Below are positions 9,541 to 18,020 of a DNA stretch of 41,172 bases, in pieces (positions within the stretch are counted from its first letter, which is position 1; each line of letters starts with the position of its first letter). The stretch is from assembly GCA_032011825.1 (NCBI GenBank), contig DALZVZ010000001.1:1-41172 (forward strand). The letters run 5' to 3'. A program made the translations under genes and the position numbers. Below the pieces are notes generated by a model. That model was not told the DNA's origin. It did not search any database and worked only from the letters and a program-made list of their open reading frames with translations. This DNA is from Sedimentibacter sp. Its GTDB lineage: Bacteria > Bacillota > Clostridia > Tissierellales > Sedimentibacteraceae.

Positions 9541-10431
9541 TCAATGGTCTCTTGAAGTAAGATACCTGGCAAGCTCTTTAAGATAAAATGCCTTTTCTCC
9601 GAATATATTCAATCTTTTTATTGCTTCATCCGTGAGGGTTTCTGCCTGTCTACGTGCTTCTTCAACAGAAACATATGTAAGATACGTAGTCTTGTGATTT
9701 GCGGCATCGCTTCCTGTTTCCTTACCGAGTTTTTCAAGCGTGCCTGTGACATCAAGTATGTCGTCCTCGATTTGGAACGCCAGACCGATTTTTTCAGCAA
9801 ATTCCTCAAGGGCGGCAACCTGTTCATCATTTGCACCGCCAAGCATGGCTCCGGCTGCAACGCTGCTTTTTATTATTGCCCCGGTTTTCAGAGAGTACAT
9901 ATATTTTAAATCCTCAAGGTCGGAAATTTTCTCGTGACCGAACATATCCACCACCTGTCCGCCTATCATTCCTTCCGAACCCGAAGATTTAGCAATTTCA
10001 TGTAGAGCTCTCAATGCTTTCACATAATCTGTTCCGCCACTTATAGCCGCGCTAAGCCCTGTTTCAAATGCCTTGTTCAAAAGGCCGTCACCAGCTAAAA
10101 TTGCCGCAGCCTCTCCAAATTTTTTGTGATTTGAGGGCCTGCCTCTCCTGTAGTCGTCATTGTCCATTGCAGGCAAATCATCATGAATCAATGAGTATGT
10201 ATGAATCATTTCCATTGCACATGCAAAGGGCAGCGCTGTATCCTCATCATTTCGGAACAGTTCGTATGCTGCCAGCAGCAGCACAGGTCTCAGTCTTTTT
10301 CCGCCTGAAAGCAGGCTGTAGTTCATTGCTTCATAAATCAGCATCTGGGGGTTATCCTTTGCACCTGCTGCGCTGCACAAATAACCTTCCACATTCTTTA
10401 TTTTTTCATCCATCCAAGTTTTGAAATCCAT
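9541..10431 (-). CDS. ispA: Farnesyl/geranylgeranyl diphosphate synthase
   Basis: GGKRLRP, first Asp-rich motif HDDLPAMDNDDYRRG, GQVVD, KTGA, second motif FQIEDDILD. Start at MDFK (10431) after GAGGTG. Confidence 0.95.
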   Translation of the reverse strand: MDFKTWMDEKIKNVEGYLCSAAGAKDNPQMLIYEAMNYSLLSGGKRLRPVLLLAAYELFRNDEDTALPFACAMEMIHTYSLIHDDLPAMDNDDYRRGRPSNHKKFGEAAAILAGDGLLNKAFETGLSAAISGGTDYVKALRALHEIAKSSGSEGMIGGQVVDMFGHEKISDLEDLKYMYSLKTGAIIKSSVAAGAMLGGANDEQVAALEEFAEKIGLAFQIEDDILDVTGTLEKLGKETGSDAANHKTTYLTYVSVEEARRQAETLTDEAIKRLNIFGEKAFYLKELARYLTSRDH

Positions 10432-10439
10432 ATGCACCT

Positions 10440-12836
10440 CTAATTTCTGAACACTTTCTTTGCTATTTCCACTGCTTCCTTTGCATCCTTGGCATAGTAG
10501 TCCGCTCCCATGTTCCTTGCATATTCGGGAGTAAGCACTGCACCGCCAACTACTATTGTACACCTTATCCCTTTTTGACGCAGCTGTTTTATTGTTTCCT
10601 CCATGCTTTTCATGGTTGTGGTCATGAGTGCGCTCAGGCCTACAATGATTGGCTCATCATATTTAGCTGCCTCCTGCACTATGGATTCCACCGAAACATC
10701 CTTGCCAAGGTCTATTATTTCGTAATTGTAATTTTCAAGTATTACCTTTACTATATTTTTACCTATATCGTGTATATCGCCTTTTACGGTAGCAAGTATT
10801 ATTTTCCCGCTGCTGATACCGCTGTTTTCTTTTCCCTTGAGGCTTTCCTTAAGCACATCAAATGATGACTTTACTGTTTCTGCGGATTGTATGAGCTGAG
10901 GTAGGAAAATAATCCCCTTTTCAAAATCATCTCCAACCTTGTCAAGGGCTGGAATTAAATATTCATTGACTATGTACAGCTCATCCCTGCTCTTTAACAG
11001 TTCTCTGGTTGTAGATGCGGCATTGTCCCTGAGTCCTTTTATCACAAGCTCCTTGAGGTTTATACCTTCTTTGTCTTCTTTTTTTGGAGCTTCTGATGAT
11101 TTAATTTCAGAATTTTCTCCGTACCTCTTTATATACTCCTTTGAACCCTTATCGTGGTTGTACAGGACATTGAAGGCATACACCTTATCCATCATCGCGG
11201 CATCATTGGGATTGATAATGGGCAAATCCAGACCTGCCGCCATGGCGATAGCAAGGAAGGTTTCATTTATGAGCCCTCTGTTTGGCATGCCAAAGGATAT
11301 GTTGGATACTCCAAGCACAGTCTTCGCACCGAGACCTTTTTTAACCATCTCCAGTGTTTTTATTGTTTCTGCAACTTCCTTCTGCTGTGCGGAGCATGTG
11401 AGTGTTAGGGCATCGATATATACGTCTTCCCTGCTTATTCCAAAGCTCTCGGCCTTTTTAACTATTTTTTCAGCAATTTCATATCTGTCTGCAGCATTGT
11501 CGGGAATTCCTCTTTCATCAAGAGTAAGACCAACGACTGCCGCTCCATATTTTTTCACTATGGGTAGTATGCTTTCAAGCACCTTTTCCTCACCGTTTAC
11601 AGAGTTTACTATAGCTTTTCCGTTGTAGTATCTCAGACCTGCCTCAATAACCTCCGGCTCCGATGAATCAATCTGCAGCGGAGCATCTGTTACCGTCTGA
11701 AGTGCCTTCACCAATTTTGCCATGGTCTCCTTCTGGTCAATTTCACGAAGTCCCACATTGACATCCAGTATTTCGGCTCCGGCCTCTACCTGGGATACTC
11801 CTTGCTTTAAGATGTAGTCCATATCATTATTTTTGAGAGCTTCCTTGAGCAGCTTCTTTCCCGTAGGATTAATTCTTTCTCCTATTACCTTCACTCCGTC
11901 CACAATAACTGTATTTGTGGGAGTACAAAGTGCTGTAAGTTTTTTTCTCTTTGTTTCCGCAGGTATTAAGTTTTTTACTCTTTCAGTTACTTCTTTTATA
12001 TATTCCGGATTTGTTCCGCAGCACCCTCCTACAAGGCTTACGCCAAGCTTTGTGAATTCCAGCACTTCGTCGGCAAATTCAGAAGGTGTTACGTTATAAT
12101 ATGTTTCTCCGTCCTTCACTACCGGAAGCCCGGCATTTGCCTGAACGAGCACCGGTATATTCGTCCACTGCAGTAGCTCTTTGAGAATTGGTTTTATTTC
12201 CTTTGGTCCAAGAGAGCAGTTTATACCCAGAGCGTCAACGCCCAGTCCCTCTAATGTCAAGGCCATGCTGCTTGGCAGGCACCCTGTAAATGTTCTGTGG
12301 TCCTTTTCAAAGGACATGGTGGCAATAACGGGAATGTCTGAATTTTCTTTTGCCGCAAGCACCGCTGCCTTCATTTCATACAAATCGGTCATTGTTTCAA
12401 TAAGTATCAAATCCACGCCCGACTTTACTCCCTGCATAATCTGGCGCTTGAATATTTCATATGCACTGTCAAATGTAAGATTCCCCATAGGTTCTAAAAG
12501 CTCTCCTATGGGCCCGATGTCGAGAGCTATGTACACATTATTCGAATTGCACACATGAGCTGCATCCTTTGCTGCCATTACAGCTCCATGGATTATTTCT
12601 TCCACTGTACAATTTGTACGCTCAAGCTTTAATTCATTTGCTCCGAATGTGTTGGTGGTAATGACCCTCGCTCCTGCGTCTATGTATTCTCTGTGAATTT
12701 CAGCTATGTTGTTTCTGTCCGTAATATTCAGGGCCTCGGGAACCTCTCCCAGTCTCAGTCCCTTTTTCTGAAGCTGAGTACCCATTGCTCCGTCAAATAT
12801 AACTATATTTTTTTTCATAAATTCTTTGAAATTCAT
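10440..12836 (-). CDS. metH: Cobalamin-dependent methionine synthase (Hcy-, folate- and B12-binding modules; no reactivation domain)
   Basis: DGAMGT, GINC, GGCCGT (Zn ligands), IGERINPTG (pterin domain), GDIHDIGKNIV (DxHxxG) and GLSALMTTT. The protein ends after the cobalamin domain. Confidence 0.92.
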   Translation of the reverse strand: MNFKEFMKKNIVIFDGAMGTQLQKKGLRLGEVPEALNITDRNNIAEIHREYIDAGARVITTNTFGANELKLERTNCTVEEIIHGAVMAAKDAAHVCNSNNVYIALDIGPIGELLEPMGNLTFDSAYEIFKRQIMQGVKSGVDLILIETMTDLYEMKAAVLAAKENSDIPVIATMSFEKDHRTFTGCLPSSMALTLEGLGVDALGINCSLGPKEIKPILKELLQWTNIPVLVQANAGLPVVKDGETYYNVTPSEFADEVLEFTKLGVSLVGGCCGTNPEYIKEVTERVKNLIPAETKRKKLTALCTPTNTVIVDGVKVIGERINPTGKKLLKEALKNNDMDYILKQGVSQVEAGAEILDVNVGLREIDQKETMAKLVKALQTVTDAPLQIDSSEPEVIEAGLRYYNGKAIVNSVNGEEKVLESILPIVKKYGAAVVGLTLDERGIPDNAADRYEIAEKIVKKAESFGISREDVYIDALTLTCSAQQKEVAETIKTLEMVKKGLGAKTVLGVSNISFGMPNRGLINETFLAIAMAAGLDLPIINPNDAAMMDKVYAFNVLYNHDKGSKEYIKRYGENSEIKSSEAPKKEDKEGINLKELVIKGLRDNAASTTRELLKSRDELYIVNEYLIPALDKVGDDFEKGIIFLPQLIQSAETVKSSFDVLKESLKGKENSGISSGKIILATVKGDIHDIGKNIVKVILENYNYEIIDLGKDVSVESIVQEAAKYDEPIIVGLSALMTTTMKSMEETIKQLRQKGIRCTIVVGGAVLTPEYARNMGADYYAKDAKEAVEIAKKVFRN

Positions 12837-12870
12837 ACTGACCTCTCAGTTATTTATAATTTCGCTTATA

Positions 12871-13749
12871 CTATTCTCTGTTTATAGCATGAATCATAGA
12901 AATAAGGTTGCTGTGCACCTTCCTGGCAACATAAGGATTGTTCATGGTGTAAAGATGTACTCCCTCCACACCATTTGACATTAAATCAATTATCTGCTCT
13001 GTTGCACACGCAATTCCTGCATCAGCCATAGCATCCTTGTCATGCTGGAATCTATCCATTATTTTAATATATTTATCAGATATCTTAGCTCCGCTGAGAG
13101 CAATTATCCTGTCAAACTGGCTCTTGTTTGTTATAGGCATTATGCCTGCCTGTATGGGAACATTGATGTTATGCTTATGCACAAGGTTCATAAATTCATA
13201 AAATGCATTATTGTCATAAAAAAGCTGTGATGTGAGATGAGTTACTCCAGCATCAATTTTATGCTTCAGATTTATTACATCCTCCTCCACATTTTTGCTG
13301 TCATAGTGTCCCTCCGGATAACAGGTGCCGCCCAAATCAAAGCTGCTGCCCTCCGTTATGAATCTTGCAAGGTCAGAGGAATGCTTGAAATCTCCCTTAA
13401 CATCCTCTTCCAACGGAATATCACCCCTCAGGGCCAGAATATTTTCCACGCCTTCTTCCTTGAGCTCCCTCAATATTTGCTTTATTTCATCCTTAGTGGA
13501 GCTTATGCATGTAAGATGTGCAAGTGCTTCTATTTCATACTTATTTTTAATCATAGATGAAATTTCTTTTGTTTTATTCTGGTTGCTGCCGCCTCCTGCA
13601 CCGTATGTAACGCTTATGTAGTCCGGTCTTAAATCACTCAGCGCTTCCAATGTTTTATAAACGGTATCTATAGGTGATGTCGCCTTGGGCGGAAATATCT
13701 CAAATGAAAACACAAATCTTTTTTTATTGAATAATTCCTTTATGTACAT
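12871..13749 (-). CDS. metF: 5,10-methylenetetrahydrofolate reductase
   Basis: SFEIFPPK, SVTYGAGG, AHLTC, LALRGD, YPEGH, SQLFYD, GVHLYTMN. Start at MYIK (13749) after AAGGAGG. Confidence 0.96.
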   Translation of the reverse strand: MYIKELFNKKRFVFSFEIFPPKATSPIDTVYKTLEALSDLRPDYISVTYGAGGGSNQNKTKEISSMIKNKYEIEALAHLTCISSTKDEIKQILRELKEEGVENILALRGDIPLEEDVKGDFKHSSDLARFITEGSSFDLGGTCYPEGHYDSKNVEEDVINLKHKIDAGVTHLTSQLFYDNNAFYEFMNLVHKHNINVPIQAGIMPITNKSQFDRIIALSGAKISDKYIKIMDRFQHDKDAMADAGIACATEQIIDLMSNGVEGVHLYTMNNPYVARKVHSNLISMIHAINRE

Positions 13750-13774
13750 TTCTGCCTCCTTCAATTTTCTGAAC

Positions 13775-13804
13775 ATTATAACATATGTACTTTAGCTTTG
13801 TAAA
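13775..13804 (-). promoter_or_regulatory. Putative sigma-A promoter of metF-metH-ispA
   Basis: Minus strand TTTACA, 18-bp spacer, extended -10 TGtTATAAT. Confidence 0.6.
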
Positions 13805-13817
13805 TACAAATACTTCT

Positions 13818-13948
13818 GGTTAGGGCATGCGCAGTCTGCGTTCACCAAAGTATCAGCTCCCTCTGGTCGCATACTTTGGGAACATGTTGCGGCTGACCTA
13901 CCGCCACTTTTCAGAAAAAACACTCTGAAAACGGGGTTAGGGCATACA
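13818..13948. repeat. Structured dispersed repeat, copy 1
   Basis: Shares GTTGCGGCTGACCTACCGCCA (13886-13906) and GTTAGGGCATACA (13936-13948) with 39531-39647. Three hairpins; GGTTAGGGCAT direct repeat at 13818-13828 and 13935-13945. Confidence 0.85.
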
Positions 13949-13979
13949 AAAATCGGGATGAATTTCTTCATCCCGATTT
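13948..13979 (-). terminator. Intrinsic terminator of the cold-shock gene
   Basis: AAATCGGGATGAA-TTTC-TTCATCCCGATTT with a U-run on the minus strand. Confidence 0.85.
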
Positions 13980-13998
13980 CACGTTTGCTGATTATAAA

Positions 13999-14199
13999 TT
14001 ATAATCTAGTTACGTTAGCTGCTTGGTCGCCTCTTGCACCTTGAGTAACGTCAAAAGAAACTTTTTGACCTTCCTCTAAAGTTTTGAATCCATCTCCCTG
14101 GATAGCTGAGAAATGTACGAATACGTCATTTCCATCTTCCTTTGTAATAAATCCGAATCCTTTTTCTGAGTTAAACCATTTAACTGTACCCTTAACCAT
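13999..14199 (-). CDS. cspA: Cold-shock protein (CspA family)
   Basis: 66 aa; [12 protein letters not shown] (RNP1) and VFVHF (RNP2); GGAGG RBS. Confidence 0.97.
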   Translation of the reverse strand: MVKGTVKWFNSEKGFGFITKEDGNDVFVHFSAIQGDGFKTLEEGQKVSFDVTQGARGDQAANVTRL

Positions 14200-14330
14200 G
14201 AGTACCTCCTAATAAAATATTATTATATTCCATTGTATAAAAAAATTCACATATTTTTACATATTATATACAGCCACACATATAATATCTAAAAACATGT
14301 GAAATCTATAATACTCTGTAATACGTTTAA

Positions 14331-14359
14331 AGGATAACACATTAATTTGTATTTGTCAA
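14331..14359 (-). promoter_or_regulatory. Sigma-A promoter of csp gene giving a long (~125 nt) 5' UTR
   Basis: Minus strand TTGACA, 17-bp spacer, TGtTATCCT. Confidence 0.7.
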
Positions 14360-14404
14360 TATTTTTTGAAAATTTTGATAAAAAGTATGATACGATCTTT
14401 CGAC

Positions 14405-14431
14405 AAAAACTGCCGGGCTTACACCCGGCAG
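14405..14431 (-). terminator. Intrinsic terminator after ABC-F/hypothetical pair
   Basis: CTGCCGGG...CCCGGCAG stem followed by TTTTT on the minus strand. Confidence 0.8.
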
Positions 14432-14437
14432 CACCAA

Positions 14438-14692
14438 TTACTTTGTTTCATATTTGTAGAACTCATTGGCAAGTACCTCATCGGTATGGTCCAGTATAAT
14501 ATTTCTCACTATGCTGTCCATTGTGCCCATATCATCATTTTCGTCGAGTCCGGATTCCTGAAGTATGTCTCTGAAAATACTGTATGCTCTGTTGTAAGAA
14601 ATATTCATTTTGGTCAATTCATTGAGCATTTCCGGATTAATGGCATTACAGAAATCCTCAAAGCTCATTTCCTGAGCACTCTTTTTATTCAT
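14438..14692 (-). CDS. Hypothetical small acidic protein (84 aa)
   Basis: Start overlaps the ABC-F stop (TAATG), preceded by AGGGTGAG and followed by a terminator. No family recognised. Confidence 0.7.
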   Translation of the reverse strand: MNKKSAQEMSFEDFCNAINPEMLNELTKMNISYNRAYSIFRDILQESGLDENDDMGTMDSIVRNIILDHTDEVLANEFYKYETK

Positions 14693-16296
14693 TAACTCAC
14701 CCTATGCTTTTTATCCTTTCTCTCTAAGTATTCATCATAAGTCATTGCTCTGTCAATCATTCCGTCATCAGTTAGCTCTATAATTCTGTTTGCTATGGTC
14801 TGGATAAACTGATGGTCATGAGATGAAAACAGCACTATCTCTTTAAAATCAATCAGTCCGTTATTCAAAGCCGTAATGGATTCAAGGTCAAGATGGTTTG
14901 TAGGCTGGTCCATAACCAGTGCGTTTGAGCCTGAAAGCATCATTCTGGAAAGCATGCATCGGACTCTCTCTCCTCCTGACAAAACGTTGGACGGCTTCAG
15001 TGCATCATCACCAGAAAACAGCATTCTGCCTAAAAAGCCTCTCAGGAAGCTTTCGGACTGATCCTCTGAAAACTGTCTCATCCAGTCAACCAGATTCAGT
15101 TTGATTCCGTCAAAGAACTCGGAGTTATCCTTGGGGAAATATGACCTTGTTATTGTCTGCCCCCACTTGATTGTACCTGAATCAGGCTCCGTTTCACCTA
15201 CGAGTATTTTAAACAATGTCGTCTGTGCAAGCTCATTTTCACCTATGAAGGCAATCTTATCCCCTCTGTTTATTCTGAAGGATATGTCCTTAAGCACATC
15301 AATTCCGTCAATTGTTTTTGACAGTCCCTCAACTGTGAGTATTTCGTTTCCTACCTCTCTGTCAGGCGTAAACTTGACAAATGGATATCGCCTTGATGAT
15401 GCTGGCATTTCTTCAACCTCAAGCTTATCAAGAAGCTTTCTTCTTGAAGTTGCCTGTTTCGATTTTGATTTATTGGCGGAGAATCTCTGTATAAAGTTCT
15501 GAAGATCCTTTATCTTGTCTTCTCTCTTCCTGTTCTGGTCTCTCATGAGCTGCTGCATAAGCTGACTTGATTCATACCAGAAATCATAGTTTCCTACATA
15601 CATTTTTATTTTCTTATAATCTATATCGACTATATGTGTACAAACCGTATTTAAAAAGTGTCTGTCGTGAGATACAACAATCACGAGTCCTTCAAAATCC
15701 AAAAGGAAATCCTCAAGCCAGTTGATGGAATCTATGTCAAGGTTGTTTGTAGGCTCGTCGAGGAGAATTATTCCCGGACGTCCGAAAAGCGCTTGAGCAA
15801 GCATAACCTTCACCTTGTCTCCGCCGTTTAAATCCCTCATATATGAATAATGAAGGTCCGAATCAACGCCCAGTCCCTGAAGTATCTGCGCAACCTCTGT
15901 TTCCGCATCCCATCCATTCATTTCCGCAAATTCGCCTTCCAGTTCGGAAGCCCTTACTCCATCTTCATCAGTGAAGTCTTCCTTTGCGTAAAGTGCGTCT
16001 TTTTCCTTCATGATTTCATGAAGCCTTTTGTTACCCATTATTACTGTTTCCATTACCGGCAAATCATCGTACATAAAGTGGTCCTGTTTCAATACGGACA
16101 TTCTCATGTTGTTTGGTATTGCTATTTCTCCAGTGGTATAATCAATCTCGCCTGATAATATTTTAAGGAAAGTTGATTTTCCTGCTCCGTTGGCTCCGAT
16201 AACGCCGTAGCAGTTACCCGGAACAAATTTTAGATTAACGTCGTTGAAAAGCTTGCTCCCGCCAAATTGGAGGCTTAAGTTTGTTACTGTAATCAT
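14692..16296 (-). CDS. ABC-F family ATPase (YkpA/YbiT-like ribosome-associated factor)
   Basis: Two NBDs without TM segments: GANGAGKST, LLDEPTNNLD, SHDRHFL, inter-domain linker FIQRFSANKSKSKQATSR, LSGGE, DQPTNHLD. Confidence 0.93.
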   Translation of the reverse strand: MITVTNLSLQFGGSKLFNDVNLKFVPGNCYGVIGANGAGKSTFLKILSGEIDYTTGEIAIPNNMRMSVLKQDHFMYDDLPVMETVIMGNKRLHEIMKEKDALYAKEDFTDEDGVRASELEGEFAEMNGWDAETEVAQILQGLGVDSDLHYSYMRDLNGGDKVKVMLAQALFGRPGIILLDEPTNNLDIDSINWLEDFLLDFEGLVIVVSHDRHFLNTVCTHIVDIDYKKIKMYVGNYDFWYESSQLMQQLMRDQNRKREDKIKDLQNFIQRFSANKSKSKQATSRRKLLDKLEVEEMPASSRRYPFVKFTPDREVGNEILTVEGLSKTIDGIDVLKDISFRINRGDKIAFIGENELAQTTLFKILVGETEPDSGTIKWGQTITRSYFPKDNSEFFDGIKLNLVDWMRQFSEDQSESFLRGFLGRMLFSGDDALKPSNVLSGGERVRCMLSRMMLSGSNALVMDQPTNHLDLESITALNNGLIDFKEIVLFSSHDHQFIQTIANRIIELTDDGMIDRAMTYDEYLERKDKKHRVS

Positions 16297-16418
16297 TTAA
16301 TCATCCTTACTATATAATAATTTTCGTATACTCGTTTTTAACCTTTAAAAGAATAACATATAAAAATGAATAATGCAAGGGGAATCGCAGACACCCTGAA
16401 AAATGTGAAGCATACAAA

Positions 16419-16447
16419 GAACAAACAGATGAGCTATCCCCATCTGT
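16419..16447 (-). terminator. Possible terminator after ftsZ
   Basis: ACAGATG...CATCTGT stem followed by TTGTTCTTT on the minus strand. Confidence 0.55.
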
Positions 16448-16463
16448 CAGTTAATCCGATTAA

Positions 16464-17543
16464 TTATTGCCTCTTGTTTAGAAAAGTAGGAATCTGGAAA
16501 TCGAACGGATTGTTCTCCTTCTTTTCATTCTTGTCATCCTTGCCAGCCTTTGCATCGACTGTTCCCACCCTTGCTTTGTCACTCTCTTTATTTTCACCGA
16601 AACCTGTTGCTATAACTGTAATTTTAATTGCATCCCCAACAGTTTCGTCTATGTTTGCACCAAATATTATATTTGCTTCCGGATCCGCAGCCTCTTCAAT
16701 CAGCTTAGCCGCTTCATTCACCTCATGAATACCCATGTTTGTTCCGCCTGTAATGTTAAGCAATACGCCTCTTGCACCGTTGATTGATGTTTCCAGAAGC
16801 GGACTTTGAATTGCCTGCTTCACCGCATTCAGAGCTCTGTTTTCGCCTGTGGCCTGTCCAATTCCCATATGTGCAAGGCCTTGTGCCGACATGATTGTTT
16901 CAACGTCAGCAAAGTCCAGGTTCATTATTGCAGGAATAGCTATTAAATCCGATATACCCTGAATACCCTGCCTTAAAACATCATCTGCAAGTGAAAAGGC
17001 TTCGAGCATGGTTGTTTTCTTGTCGGAAATCTCCAGCAGCTTATCGTTCGGAATAACTACCAGTGTATCTATATTTTCTTTTAATTTTTTAAGTCCTAAA
17101 TCGGCATTCTTCATTCTGTTGCGGCCTTCGAACATAAACGGCTTTGTAACGACTGCAACTGTCAGGATTCCCATTGATTTAGCCACACCTGCAATGTATG
17201 GCGCAGCACCTGTTCCTGTTCCGCCTCCCATACCTGCTGTTATGAATACCATGTCGGCACCCTCAACCAATTCAGCTATATCCGCCTTATTTTCTTCCGC
17301 AGCCTTTTCTCCTATTTCAGGTTTTGAGCCGGCACCCAGACCGTTTGTTAACTTTTCACCTATCTGAAACTTAATTTCTGCCTTTGAAGTATACAATGCC
17401 TGCTTGTCCGTGTTTACGGTTATAAAGGTTACACCTCTGACACCGGCATCAATCATTCTGTTAACAGCGTTGTTTCCGCCTCCGCCAACACCGATTACTT
17501 TAATATTCGCAAGTCTTTCTGATGGTTCTTCAAATTGAAACAT
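16464..17543 (-). CDS. ftsZ: Cell division protein FtsZ
   Basis: [17 protein letters not shown], tubulin signature GGGTGTG, NLDFADV, C-terminal peptide FQIPTFL. Confidence 0.99.
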   Translation of the reverse strand: MFQFEEPSERLANIKVIGVGGGGNNAVNRMIDAGVRGVTFITVNTDKQALYTSKAEIKFQIGEKLTNGLGAGSKPEIGEKAAEENKADIAELVEGADMVFITAGMGGGTGTGAAPYIAGVAKSMGILTVAVVTKPFMFEGRNRMKNADLGLKKLKENIDTLVVIPNDKLLEISDKKTTMLEAFSLADDVLRQGIQGISDLIAIPAIMNLDFADVETIMSAQGLAHMGIGQATGENRALNAVKQAIQSPLLETSINGARGVLLNITGGTNMGIHEVNEAAKLIEEAADPEANIIFGANIDETVGDAIKITVIATGFGENKESDKARVGTVDAKAGKDDKNEKKENNPFDFQIPTFLNKRQ

Positions 17544-17663
17544 ATATTGACCTCCTAAACAAGAGAAAATTCTTATTTACCCATTTAATATAAATTATGA
17601 TTGCTCTTTATTGTTTTTATTATATCACATATCAGTGATTATTCATATACATTTTTAATTAGT

Positions 17664-18008
17664 TTACTTGTTTTTATTATACTTTTCAAGTATAAAGTTG
17701 ATCATCTCGCTCAAATTTTTATATATGCTGTTTCCAAAAGCAAATACCGCAGCTAAATATACAGGAAGTCCAAGCTGTTCGCCCACATATCCCATCAACA
17801 GCCCGAATCCCAAGTCCCTGATCATGTATACCGCACTACGCAAGGCATTCATCTCGCCCTTTAAATTCTCATTCAGCAAAGCAAAAATCGTGTTTACTAT
17901 TGCCAAAATCGAAACCGATATGTATACCACATAATCAGGACTGTATACCATATTTAAATTAAGACCTGCAACTATGCCGAGAATTATACCGGCAACTACG
18001 TAAATCAT
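17664..18008 (-). CDS. sbp: Small basic protein Sbp (DUF1290), diverged
   Basis: Hydrophobic 114 aa with YVGEQLGLPVYLAAVFAFG..IYKNL; canonical position after the DUF881 genes. Confidence 0.8.
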   Translation of the reverse strand: MIYVVAGIILGIVAGLNLNMVYSPDYVVYISVSILAIVNTIFALLNENLKGEMNALRSAVYMIRDLGFGLLMGYVGEQLGLPVYLAAVFAFGNSIYKNLSEMINFILEKYNKNK

Positions 18009-18020
18009 ATCCCCTACCTC

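Noticed and set aside
13812..13910. Pistol or twister ribozyme (GGTTAGGGC / GCCCTAAC resemble parts of known examples)
   Set aside because: The required P1/P2 pairings and conserved linker nucleotides could not be found in either copy.
13818..13948. Element as a SAM/THF/ZTP riboswitch for metF
   Set aside because: No S-box, THF or ZTP consensus motifs. A likely metF promoter lies between the element and the gene, and the same element precedes an unrelated K+ transporter.
14399..14405. Spo0A box (TGTCGAA, minus strand) upstream of the csp promoter
   Set aside because: A single 7-mer is expected by chance in a window this size; no supporting second box.
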